Shown here one piece after another: positions 1 through 26,384 of a stretch of DNA of 64,000 nt. The DNA is taken from the NCBI RefSeq assembly GCF_009914755.1, contig NC_060940.1; one strand, 5' to 3'. The translations under genes and the position numbers were made by a program. The notes below the pieces were generated by a model. It ran no database searches. It was not told the DNA's origin and saw nothing but the letters and a program-made list of their open reading frames with translations. Source of the stretch: the human T2T-CHM13v2.0 reference genome, Homo sapiens. Numbering within the stretch: position 1 is the first letter of the stretch; each line of letters begins with the position of its first letter.

Positions 1-390
1 ATTCAAATAGCTGGAATTATGTAGTGTGCACGCTTTTGTGTCTGGTTGCTTTTGCTCAAAATAATGTTTTTGAGATTCATCCATGTTGCTGCACAGATCA
101 GCAGTTCCTTTTAATTTCAGAGTAATATTCCACTGTCTGATTATGGCACAGTTCATACGTCCAGTCTTCTGTTGGCAGATATTTGGATGGTTTTCAGTTT
201 TAGAAGTGCCTATGATTCATAGTATGAATACAGCAGCAATAGGCATTCTTGGTCATTCGTCTTATGGCCATAGAGTTTGATTTTTCTAGGTTAAATTCTA
301 GGAGTGGGATTGCTGGGTCAGAGTCTAGGTATGTGTTTAACTTTGTTAGAATCGCCAGTCTTCCAAAATGACAATCCCAGCTTATACTCT
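1..390 (-). mobile_element. Old L1 (L1M-type) 3' fragment
   Basis: Typical antisense L1 3' end text (ttttgagattcatccatgttgct, ctaggagtgggattgctgggtca). Confidence 0.75.
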
Positions 391-1218
391 CAAGGGTAAC
401 GTGGAGGGCCCCATTACCATGCATCCTGAGAACTCAAACAGTGATTTTCTTGGCGACAGATATTTTCTTTGCTCCATAGAGGGGATAACCCCTCTGCAGA
501 GGTTTCCATCACAGAGCTGTCAAGCTAAACACCCTCCAGCTGCTGCAGCCTACCCTGCTAGTTTTTGCTTTGTTTTCTTTTGTCTCCTGCTGCTCTCAGG
601 AAGCACAAAGGCCTGTTGGAGGCCCTTTGTCTACTGTCCCAGTACCAGTGTGGATGCTCCACAGTCTGTTCTTGTGCTCTTGAGTCCCCTTGCTAGTCAC
701 AGGTCAGAGGTTGGAGGTCAGAGGTCAGAGGTCGGAAGCTGGAGTCCTTCAGCAGAACATCGGCAGCTTCCTTGAGCAGGAGCTGTTTCCAGTGTTCAAG
801 GGTCCCATTGACTGGTCCCACGCTGGGTTTCTTTCTTGCCTTCTTTCACAATCAAGTAAGTATTTTGCTCACAGACCTCTATTGATAGTGCAAAAACAAC
901 AGCAAAAGGGGAAATGATTCAAATATAAAAGAAAAAGCCTACGTTTTTCCAAAACCCATTTTTTTACTATTAGTAATACGAGTGAGTAATTATAACAATA
1001 GCAAATACCAAGATAGCATGTACTGTATGCCAGCTCATGTTCTAAGTTTTCTGTATATAGAAATCCAGTAAATCCTTACATAGCCCTTTGAGGTCAGAAT
1101 CTCATATCAAGCCCATTTTACAGATGGGGAGGCTGAGGCAAAAGAGGATCCTCACCTTGCCCAAGGCAAGGTGGAGTCAGAGTTTGAACCCAAAAGGTGT
1201 AGCTTCAGGGTCTGTATC

Positions 1219-7072
<5,854 letters not shown>

Positions 7073-7209
7073 TGACACTAAAAATCCTCATTAGTTATTT
7101 TGGAGGAAGCCAGAAAACAATACAATCTGAAATGGACAAAGAAAATGTGGGATATTCATGCAAGGGAGCATTATTTGACAATAAAAAGAGTAAAGTACGG
7201 ATACATGCT

Positions 7210-7947
<738 letters not shown>

Positions 7948-8177
7948 TGCTACAAAATGAATGAACCCTGAAAACATGCTAAGTGAAAGAAGCCAGACAT
8001 GAAAGGTCCCGTATTGCATAATCAATCCCATTTATATGAAATGTCCAGAATAGGCAAATCCATAGAGACAGAAAGAATATTAGTGGCTGCCAGGGGCTGG
8101 GAGGAAGAGGGAATAGGGGGTGACTGCTAATGAGTTCAGAGTTTATTTTGGGGGTGATGAAAATGTTCTGTAATTAA

Positions 8178-9552
<1,375 letters not shown>

Positions 9553-9882
9553 GATTGACAATTTTTGAATCTGAGTAACTGCTATATGGGGGTCTGTTAT
9601 ACTATTCTACCTTGTTTCAGTTTGTTTAGACAACTTCCACTATAAAGGAATGAATTTTTTGGGTAGATGGAAATGTTTTGTATCTTGATTATTATAGTAA
9701 TTACACAGCTCTATAAATGTGCTAAAAACTTTTAGAAATGTATACTGAAAAGGGTAAAATGTAGTATATGTAAATTAGCCCTCAATAAACCTGAAAAAAA
9801 TCCCCAAACTAATGACAACTAAATGTTCTAGATACGTTAGTGTTTGTAGTGATGCTGTAACAGCAGGGGAATTGCCAGGGTG

Positions 9883-10395
9883 AGGAGGAGGAGGAGGGGG
9901 AGGAGGAGGGGGAGGGGGAAGAGGAAGAGGAGGAGGGAGGAGGGAGGAAAAGGAGGAGGGAGGAGGGAGGAAAAGGAGGAGGGAGGAGGAATGAAAAGGA
10001 GGAAGGGAGGAGGAAGGAGGAAGAGGAAGGAGGGAAGAGGAGGAAGAGGAGGAAGTAGGAAGAGGAAGGAGGTGGAAGAGGAAGGAGGAAGAGGAGGGAG
10101 GAGAAGGAGGAGGAAGGAGGAAGAGGAGGAAGGAGGAAGAGGAGGAGGAAGGAGGAAGAGAAAGGGAGTAGGAGGAAGGAGGAAGAAGAGGAAGAGGAGG
10201 AAGGAGGAGAAGGAAAAAGGAAGGAGGACGAGGAAGGAGGAAGAGAAGGAAGGAGAAAGGAAGAGGGAAGAGTAGGAAGGAGGAGGGGGAAAGAGGAGGA
10301 AGAAGAGGGAGGAAGGAGGAAGACGAGGAAGGAGGAGGAGGAAGAGAAGGAGGAAGAGGAAGGAGGAAAAGGAGGAAGGACAAGGAAAAGAGGAG
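9883..10395 (+). repeat. ~510 bp GA-rich polypurine low-complexity tract
   Basis: Almost exclusively G/A (ggaggaagaggaagga units) with only ~8 pyrimidine interruptions. Confidence 0.95.
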
Positions 10396-10956
10396 CAGCA
10401 GCAGGCAGCGACTGGGGCTGAGATTCAGGGTGACTGCATAAGGGATTAACTTGAACAACCCGTGTTCTCTCTATAAGGCCCTGCCTGCCTGCTGGGCACC
10501 TCTTAGGGTAAGGGCCAGCATTCTTTGGTGACACCATGGATCACACAATGAAGAAGATGCCCAAGTCATACCTGCTCTCCCCCGATGGTGTCACTCTGTA
10601 GCCATTTTCCCCCACCAGAGGGGAGACAGGGAGGAGGCGAGGGGATGGAAGAGAACTAAATCAGAGACGGAATTCCAGCCTGATCTGCAGAGCAGACACA
10701 ATGGTCCAGACCTTGCAGAGTCCAGAGGGGCAGATGGGAGGACCACGCACACACGCTGAGCCCTGTGTGGTTGTCGAATTTTGGGAGCAGCCACCAGCCC
10801 ACAGGGTTTGAATTCCTGTCACACTTCTTACAAGCCGTATGACCTTGGACAAGTGTCTTAACCTTTCTGGGCCTCAGTTTCCTCATTGATAAACTGAGAT
10901 TTTGCACTTCCATGAGATTGTTGTGAGAGATTCAGTGAATGTAAAGACCTTAGTCC

Positions 10957-11426
<470 letters not shown>

Positions 11427-11733
11427 TAACCTGTCCTTTAGCCTGAGTCATTCATGGACTCTACCATGGCTCTCGATGTGTGAACTCAAACCACCTGTTC
11501 ATTCCTTGGTCCTGCTTTTGTTCAGGCCCCAGGCTGCCAGCTGGTGTCATCATAACTCACTCATGGGCCAGGGCCGTTCGGACATCCTGAAGTCATTTCT
11601 CACGTGAGCCGTGTCCAGCTGCCAGGGCCGGGTGGTCCTGTGCAGGCCGTGGGTGCGGTGTGCGCTGTGGCTGATGGCTGAGTGGCAGCGCTGCTCTTAC
11701 ATAATCAGTTTCTCTCCTCCTTTCTCTTCCTAG

Positions 11734-12133
11734 AGCCAGATTTCACACTGAGCAGCTGCAGTCGGAGAAATCAGAGAAAGCGTCACCCAGCCCCAGATTC
11801 CGAGGGGCCTGCCAGGGACTCTCTCCTCCTGCTCCTTGGAAAGGAAGACCCCGAAAGACCCCCAAGCCACCGGCTCAGACCTGCTTCTGGGCTGCCATGG
11901 GACTTGCGGCCACCGCCCCCCGGCTGTCCTCCACGCTGCCGGGCAGATAAGGGCAGCTGCTGCCCTTGGGGCACCTGCTCACTCCCGCAGCCCAGCCACT
12001 CCTCCAGGGCCAGCCCTTCCCTGACTGAGTGACCACCTCTGCTGCCCCGAGGCCATGTAGGCCGTGCTTAGGCCTCTGTGGACACACTGCTGGGGACGGC
12101 GCCTGAGCTCTCAGGGGGACGAGGAACACCACC
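11734..12133 (+). other. IL34: IL34 5' UTR part of first coding exon (acceptor at 11732-11733; may also be a proximal TSS region)
   Basis: Long pyrimidine tract tttctctcctcctttctcttccTAG ends at 11733, and the sequence is continuous to the ATG at 12134. The exact TSS cannot be seen from sequence. Confidence 0.75.
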
Positions 12134-12161
12134 ATGCCCCGGGGCTTCACCTGGCTGCGCT
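12134..12161 (+). CDS. IL34: Interleukin-34 coding exon 1 (MPRGFTWLR-Y, signal peptide start)
   Basis: accaccATG CCC CGG GGC TTC ACC TGG CTG CGC T|gtgagt matches the known IL-34 N-terminus; canonical donor. Confidence 0.97.
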
Positions 12162-13464
12162 GTGAGTACTGGGGGGTCCCTAGGGACCTGCATTGGGAGG
12201 CCTTGGCCTAGATCCAGGATCTGCCGTAACCATAGCAACCAGGGCATTCTTGCTGGTGAGAAGTTGCGATGCTTCCCAGCCGGACTGCAGACACCCTCTG
12301 AGATTCCCACGGCCGCCGTCTGCCCTGTCTGCCGCTCACTTCGGGCTCCGACGGGCAAGCTGGGTGGGCAGTTCTGGCTGGGTGGGCATGGTCCTCAGGG
12401 TGGTCTTAGGTCGGGGCAGGCACTGGGGGTAGGTGGCAGCATCTCACCTTTCCAGGCTTGTGGGTGTTGGGGAGCCCCGGGCGGGCAGCAGCGGCCCAGT
12501 CCTGGGTATGGCCGGTGGAGGGGGGCAGGGGCTGGTGAAAGTGTCTAGGGACCCAAGACCCACGGCAGAAGAGCAGCCAGATGCCTGGAGAAGGCAGCCT
12601 GTTCCCCTCCAACCCTCCCTCCATAACAGAACAGAATTAAAAAGCAGAAAGATAACACTGTTGGTAAAAAGAAAAATAAGTTGAAATGAGGACAGAAAGG
12701 AAAAAAAGGATCTGGAAGCCTCTTATGCCTGCTGGCTGGGAGGCCAGACCAAGATCCCCTCAGTCTCCAAGATCCAGTTCAATTGACTCAAATTCAACAC
12801 ATTTTTCCGGTGCCTCCCACGTGCCCACTGCAGAGTCACTGCCATGACAACAAGGACCTTGCTGTCTCGTGCCTCTGTCTCCAACGCCTGGCACAGGGTT
12901 GAGTGCTCAGGAACTGTTGGAGGTTTGGGGTATGAGCCTGCGAGGGATTGAAAGAAGAGTTGGGTCCACCCTGGCCCTTGTGGAAATATACAACAAAGGG
13001 TTGGGACATTAAGGATGGGTGGAAGGACCCAGCTGGACCCAATGTTCTGGAAACCCCTAGGTCATGAGAAGCAGGGGTGCAGCATGGGGGAGGGGCTACT
13101 GGAAATGGTCTAGAAGGTGGGGTGGTGGTCACACAGGTAGACCTGGGGTCATGAGGCCCATGTTCCAGGAAGAGGGGCCAGTGTGAGCAAAGGTTTGGCG
13201 GTGGGATGGTGAGGCCAGGCTGGGAGCTGGTTTGGACCCGGCTGGCTGAGGCCTTGAGAGCCAAGCAAAGTGTGCCTCCCTCCCCATAGCAGGCAGCCCT
13301 GGAGGATTTGAGAGCCCGGCGGGGGTGGAATCGTGATTGGGAGTTCCTCTGCTCTTGAAGATCAGTCTGGTGGTGTTTGTAGGAGTTACTGCTGTCACCG
13401 TCTGTGCAGGAGGGAATGAGGGTCATTCTGGAGGTGGAGGTGCGAATGAAAGGCAAGGGATGCT

Positions 13465-18890
<5,426 letters not shown>

Positions 18891-19723
18891 ATCTGATTGT
18901 TTTAATGTGAATTTATTTATCTAGTTAGTGAGTCTGATATTTTGGGTAGTTGCTGGCCTACTTCTGTTTTATTCTTTCTGCTCTGATGGACTTAACCTTT
19001 ATTCATATTTGTTGCGAATTCTCTCCTTTTTTTCTGTTCAGTCACATGGAAATCGTATAGGCTGTTTTTGGAGTCACAGTGACCCCCAGTGGCAAAGGAT
19101 GGTAATGTTTCAGCGGCTCGTTTGTTGCAGGAAGAGAGGCAGCCAAGTATGAGATCTGCTTAACGTCCTAGAATGACCAGACTGGAAGGCGCTACAGACC
19201 CGCTGGCATAGTTAGCTGGGAGGGACACTAAGATCAGATAGAGCAGGAAGGAAAGTGGTGTGGGGCGTGGGTGACTGAAGAGTCATTTTATCAAGTTGAA
19301 ACCAGAATCCAGGATGATTCGATCTCCTGAATGCCGGGCTGGAAAACCCAGCAACGAGCTTTGAAAACATATCACCCGGACACCAGGGGCAGAGGCTGTT
19401 CTGGGCGGGAGGTTGTGCCTGCCCCACGGAGCGACAGAAGCGGGGAGACCAGACGTCGACCCTGAGGCGTGCCTCCTGGGGGGCTCCAGTGGCCGGCATG
19501 GGGTGGGTGTGGACTCTCTGCACTGCTAGTGCCTGCCTGACCTTGCTGTTCTGGAGCCAGACCCCAGGGAAAGCATTCCAGATCCCGTGCCCCCCACCAC
19601 ACCTTTCCCATTGGTGCTTGTCTCCTATGCAAATGGATGATGGTTGTGCTCGGCTTTGCGTGTTGTGGACGGCGTGGATGAGATGGAGGGTGCTCATGTG
19701 CTCTTGTCGGGTGTGGTCCACAG

Positions 19724-19857
19724 ATCTTGGGATCTTCCTTGGCGTGGCCTTGGGGAATGAGCCTTTGGAGATGTGGCCCTTGACGCAGAATGAGGAGTGC
19801 ACTGTCACGGGTTTTCTGCGGGACAAGCTGCAGTACAGGAGCCGACTTCAGTACATG
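19724..19857 (+). CDS. IL34: IL34 coding exon 2 (Y-LGIFLGVALGNEPLEMW...RLQYM)
   Basis: ccacAG|at ctt ggg ... tac atg|GTaacc; 134 nt; phase-compatible with exon 1; in ORF 19489..19917. Confidence 0.97.
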
Positions 19858-20116
19858 GTAACCACGTGGGCACCAGCTGTGTCCCTGTCCCCGCGTCCCG
19901 GGGTTCACCTGGCATAGGCCTCTGGACATTCAGAGCCCTTCTTAGGACCTGTGTCAGCCCTGAGCCGACCATGGCCTGTTTCTCTGCCTTTCTCCGAAAC
20001 CTACCCATGCACCTGGTCTGCACTTACTGACCCTCCTCCTGCCATCTCCTGGGGCCTCCACCCCTCCTCCTCGATCTCACTTTAATCCCACCTCCATGAT
20101 GGCAGTCACCATATGA

Positions 20117-20473
<357 letters not shown>

Positions 20474-20562
20474 TGATCCGCCTGCCTCAGCCTCCCAAAG
20501 TGCTGGGATTACAGGCGTGAGCCACTGCGCCCGGCCCTTTTTTTTTCTTTTTAATTTTTTAA

Positions 20563-20872
<310 letters not shown>

Positions 20873-21787
20873 TGACCAATGTATCTTTTTAAATTAATTA
20901 ATTTAATTTTTAGAGACAGGGTGTCACTCTGTTGTCCAGGCTGAAGTGTAGTGGCGGGATCATAGCTCAGTGTAAACTTAAACTCCTGTGCTCAAGTGAC
21001 TGTCTCTCCTCAGCCTCCCAAGGTGCTGGGATTACAGGCGTGAGCCACTGCACCTGGCTTGTGTCTTTTTTATTTTAACAGCTTTACTGAGATATAATTT
21101 ACATATTTATATATAAAAGACATAATTTACTCATTTAAAGTGCACAACTCAAAGAGTTTTTAGTTCACAGAGTTGTGCAACCATCACCATCATAGGTTTT
21201 AGAACATTCTCACCCACAAAATAACATGTTTTTCTTGAAGTAACGTGTCCTCACTCTTGAGCCTGAAATTTCTGCCTTAACAGGAACTGTGTATTTTGTT
21301 TCACCCACCCTGAGTCCCAGAGGAAAGTGAAGTGTTTTTATCCCAGCTGGGAGCCAGGCACACCTCTCTGCACAGGACCACCTCTGCCGTCAAAGGTCTG
21401 GGCCCTGAGTTCTCTCCTCCTACATCAAAATTCATCTGGAGGCCGGGCATGGTGGCTCATACCTATAACCCCAGCACTTTGAGGGGCTTGAGCCCGGGAT
21501 TCAAGACCAGCCTGGGCAACAAGAAGAAACCCCATCTCTACAAAAAATAAAAAAATCATCTGGGCGTGGTGGCACACACCTGTAGTCCCACCTACTTGGG
21601 AGGCTGAGGTGGAAGGATTGCTTGAGCCTGGGAGGTCAAGGCTTCCGTGAGCCATGATGCTGCCCCTGCACTCCATACTGGGTGACAGAGTGAGACTAAC
21701 TGTTAAAAAAAACATCATTTGGGAGGTTGGGGAGCCTGCTGGTCATTTCTACTTCTGGCCTCATAGTTTGTTCTTGTGCCTCTCCAG

Positions 21788-21865
21788 AAACACTACTTCC
21801 CCATCAACTACAAGATCAGTGTGCCTTACGAGGGGGTGTTCAGAATCGCCAACGTCACCAGGCTG
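21788..21865 (+). CDS. IL34: IL34 coding exon 3 (KHYFPINYKISVPYEGVFRIANVTRL)
   Basis: ctccAG|aaa ... ctg|GTgaga; 78 nt; contains N-glycosylation sequon NVT. Confidence 0.97.
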
Positions 21866-22145
21866 GTGAGAATCCCTTCCTGGGCTGGGGGGACCCTGCC
21901 TCCTGCGACATCCGGTGGGCCCCAGCCTCAGAGGCGCGCTGGGACTGGCAGGTGGTGCTGCTGGCCTGGGGCCTCTCCTCAGCCCCGAGAGCAGGCTGGC
22001 CCTTGGCCCAGGCACATGTTTGTCCACTGTCCACAGCGGACGGCCCGCGTCTGCTCCCTATGCAGGGGCAAGTCCCTGGTGAGGGAGTGGTCAGAGCCCA
22101 GAGGCCCATGTCTCCCGAGTTGCAGTGACTTCCCTGTTTCCGCAG

Positions 22146-22307
22146 CAGAGGGCCCAGGTGAGCGAGCGGGAGCTGCGGTATCTGTGGGTCTTGGTGAGCC
22201 TCAGTGCCACTGAGTCGGTGCAGGACGTGCTGCTCGAGGGCCACCCATCCTGGAAGTACCTGCAGGAGGTGGAGACGCTGCTGCTGAATGTCCAGCAGGG
22301 CCTCACG
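22146..22307 (+). CDS. IL34: IL34 coding exon 4 (QRAQVSERE...VQQGLT), NAGNAG acceptor
   Basis: cgcAG|cAG|agg ... acg|GTgagt; 162 nt (159 nt with the distal AG). Confidence 0.97.
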
Positions 22308-22552
22308 GTGAGTTGTGTGGAGGAGTGGCAGGTGGGGTGTGTGTGTGTGCACACGTGTGTACATGTGTGTGAGGTGTGGCCAAAGGCTAGTGAGGGAAAG
22401 GGTGAATACACGGAAAGATGGGCACAAGCAGAGGGACGTGGGAGAAGTGGGGGAGGGGTGCAGGAAAAGAGGCCTGTGGAAGGAAGAGGCAGCCGTGGTG
22501 GTCATGAGAGCCGGGCTCGGGGTGCAGGCGATGCCTCTGAGACTCTGTTCTA

Positions 22553-23067
<515 letters not shown>

Positions 23068-23380
23068 CTAATGTAAATTATGGACTTTAGTTAATTAAAA
23101 AAAGAGGTCCCCCATCCCTGACCCGCTCAGAGAAATTGATCTGAGGCCTCAGGGATATTATCCTCTAAAATGCCTGAGTTGTAGTAAAAAAGGAAGGTGG
23201 CGAGATGACCCATGCAGGCCGTGTGTGCGGTGGGACCTCTCCCCGTCTCCACCAGACCTCCTCAGGACTCTGGTGCACACCTGTCCCTGGGATCCACCTG
23301 CTGCCCTGCCCAGCCAGCTGCTGACAAGGCCCAGCTTGTCGGGAGAACATCCCAGGCCAACTGTGAGCTTCCGACGGTGA

Positions 23381-23875
<495 letters not shown>

Positions 23876-24803
23876 TGAACTCCTGGCCTCAAGTGATATG
23901 CCTCCCTCAGCCTCCCAAAGTGCTGGGATTACAGGTTGAACCACCATTCCTGGCCGTCTCAGTCTTTTCATGGCCTTCTGCCCTGTTTCCATGTCTGTCA
24001 CCTTTCTCTTACAAGGACATCAGGCATTGGATTTAGGGCCTACCTGAAATCCAGGATGATGTCCTTCTAAGATCCTGAACTTAATTACCTCTGCAAAGAA
24101 CCTATTTCCAAATAGGGTCACATTCACGGGTACCAAGGGGTAGGACCAAGACAGCTTTTTGGGGGAGGAGAGGGACAATTTGGCCCAGGACATGTTGCCT
24201 TGTTGTCACCCCCTTCCAGAAGATCACCCCCCACGTTTCCCATGATGCTTTCTACAGTGGCCCTGACCTCCTGTTCAGGGACTTGATTCCCTTGGTGCCA
24301 CGGTGCACCCCACATGACCCTGTTGTTGCATATCGTGGAGAGAAACCACCCCAGCTTGAAGCTGGACACCCTGCCCTGTGTATGTGACTTAAGCCTCAGT
24401 GTCTCTGTGAGGACCTTCTCTTGTTCCTTGGAGTTGATGGAGATGTCTGCTTCTTGAGGGACAGTTTTCCCCAGGTCAGGGGGTCCTCACGCAGTGGTGG
24501 GTGGCCGTGCCTGGGTGCAGTTTGCCCCACTTTCCTCACTGTCCTGGTCTACGCCCTTTACTCATTTTTCAAGGATGGAAAAGCGAAGCCTCTGAGTTGT
24601 ACATGGGTGAGTGGTGGCATCTGGGACCCTCCCCATGCCCACAGGAAGAAGATGGTGAGAAATAGCTATCCAGGCTCATGGTCACAGGAAGTCTGGTCCT
24701 TCTTCCGGGGTTTGGGCAGCTCCAGGTGACTGGACAGCCCTCACGGCTCTCCTGGGGTGCGGCCCCATCTCGCCACCGCTCCTGACTGTTTCCTCCTTTC
24801 CAG

Positions 24804-24939
24804 GATGTGGAGGTCAGCCCCAAGGTGGAATCCGTGTTGTCCCTCTTGAATGCCCCAGGGCCAAACCTGAAGCTGGTGCGGCCCAAAGCCCTGCTGGACA
24901 ACTGCTTCCGGGTCATGGAGCTGCTGTACTGCTCCTGCT
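24804..24939 (+). CDS. IL34: IL34 coding exon 5 (DVEVSPKVES...LLYCSC)
   Basis: ttccAG|gat gtg ... tgc t|GTaagg; 136 nt. Confidence 0.97.
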
Positions 24940-25182
24940 GTAAGGAGCTCTCAGGGGATGGCGCCTGGGGGTGGGAGGCCAGGCATCTGGGCCCACCCAG
25001 GCCAGCTGGCAGAGCTGGCGTCCTCCCGGGCATATCCTCTGCTCCCCGGGGCTACAAGCCATTTCTGGAAGCCAGGATGGGCCCTGGGTAGAGTGGGGGA
25101 CAAGCACATGCGGCTTGGCTTAGTGGGGAGGGTGGTCTTGAACACTGCTGCAGTCTTTTTTTTTTTCCCCTATCTCTTGCAG

Positions 25183-25373
25183 GTAAACAAAGCTCCGTCC
25201 TAAACTGGCAGGACTGTGAGGTGCCAAGTCCTCAGTCTTGCAGCCCAGAGCCCTCATTGCAGTATGCGGCCACCCAGCTGTACCCTCCGCCCCCGTGGTC
25301 CCCCAGCTCCCCGCCTCACTCCACGGGCTCGGTGAGGCCGGTCAGGGCACAGGGCGAGGGCCTCTTGCCCTGA
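25183..25373 (+). CDS. IL34: IL34 last coding exon (C-KQSSVLNW...EGLLP*), Pro/Ser-rich tail
   Basis: ttgcAG|gt aaa caa ... ccc TGA; the summed CDS gives 242 aa, the known IL-34 length. Confidence 0.97.
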
Positions 25374-25845
25374 GCACCCTGGATGGTGACTGCGGATAGG
25401 GGCAGCCAGACCAGCTCCCACAGGAGTTCAACTGGGTCTGAGACTTCAAGGGGTGGTGGTGGGAGCCCCCCTTGGGAGAGGACCCCTGGGAAGGGTGTTT
25501 TTCCTTTGAGGGGGATTCTGTGCCACAGCAGGGCTCAGCTTCCTGCCTTCCATAGCTGTCATGGCCTCACCTGGAGCGGAGGGGACCTGGGGACCTGAAG
25601 GTGGATGGGGACACAGCTCCTGGCTTCTCCTGGTGCTGCCCTCACTGTCCCCCCGCCTAAAGGGGGTACTGAGCCTCCTGTGGCCCGCAGCAGTGAGGGC
25701 ACAGCTGTGGGTTGCAGGGGAGACAGCCAGCACGGCGTGGCCATTCTATGACCCCCCAGCCTGGCAGACTGGGGAGCTGGGGGCAGAGGGCGGTGCCAAG
25801 TGCCACATCTTGCCATAGTGGATGCTCTTCCAGTTTCTTTTTTCT

Positions 25846-25851
25846 ATTAAA
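25846..25851 (+). terminator. IL34: IL34 poly(A) signal ATTAAA
   Basis: ATTAAA preceded by a U-rich stretch and followed by GU/U-rich ttggtttgctttgctttgc. Confidence 0.85.
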
Positions 25852-26025
25852 CACCCCACTTCCTTTGGTTTGCTTTGCTTTGCATCTTCAGGGGTGAACC
25901 TGGCGGGGATGGGAGGTGGCCAAGTGCAGGAAGTGGAGGGGGGCAGGGCTGAGGATGCGGATTTGGAGTGGATGGAGCCTGCCCAAGGGATGTGGAATGA
26001 GAGGGATGCCAGGGATGGAGTTCCG

Positions 26026-26070
26026 GCCCAGCCCAGCCCAGCCCAGCCCAGCCCAGCCCAGCCCAGCCCA
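26026..26070. repeat. (GCCCA)9 pentamer repeat
   Basis: Direct reading; perfect. Confidence 0.97.
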
Positions 26071-26138
26071 GGGGCCTCTGCAAGCCTGGGTTGGGGGAGG
26101 CGGTGTTGGGCTGATACCTTGGCTTTGACCCTTGCCAT

Positions 26139-26191
26139 CCTCCCTCCCTCCCTCCCTCTCTCCCTCCCTCCCTCTCTCCCTCCCTCCCTCC
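26139..26191. repeat. (CCCT)n repeat
   Basis: Direct reading. Confidence 0.95.
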
Positions 26192-26384
26192 ATCTGGCTG
26201 CCCCCAGGCAGCCCCTAGCAGGGACACATATGGGACATTTCAGAGACCCAGGTCTGGCCCTGGCACCTACATTGAGATCTGAGATCCTCTGGGAACCCCC
26301 AGCCTGTCCCCCTGCAGCTGGGATCTGGGGTGGGAAAGGTGAGGTGTGGGGATGGGGTAGGAAGCAGCCAGGCAGAGGCAGGGG

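Noticed and set aside
9775-10537. Long ORFs of 227, 242 and 131 aa (Pro/Ser/Leu-rich or Arg/Glu/Gly-rich)
   Set aside because: Translations of the polypurine low-complexity tract, which lacks stop codons by composition.
26026-26070. Short periodic repeats (here and at 694-742) as CRISPR-like arrays
   Set aside because: No spacers, eukaryotic context; these are simple tandem repeats.
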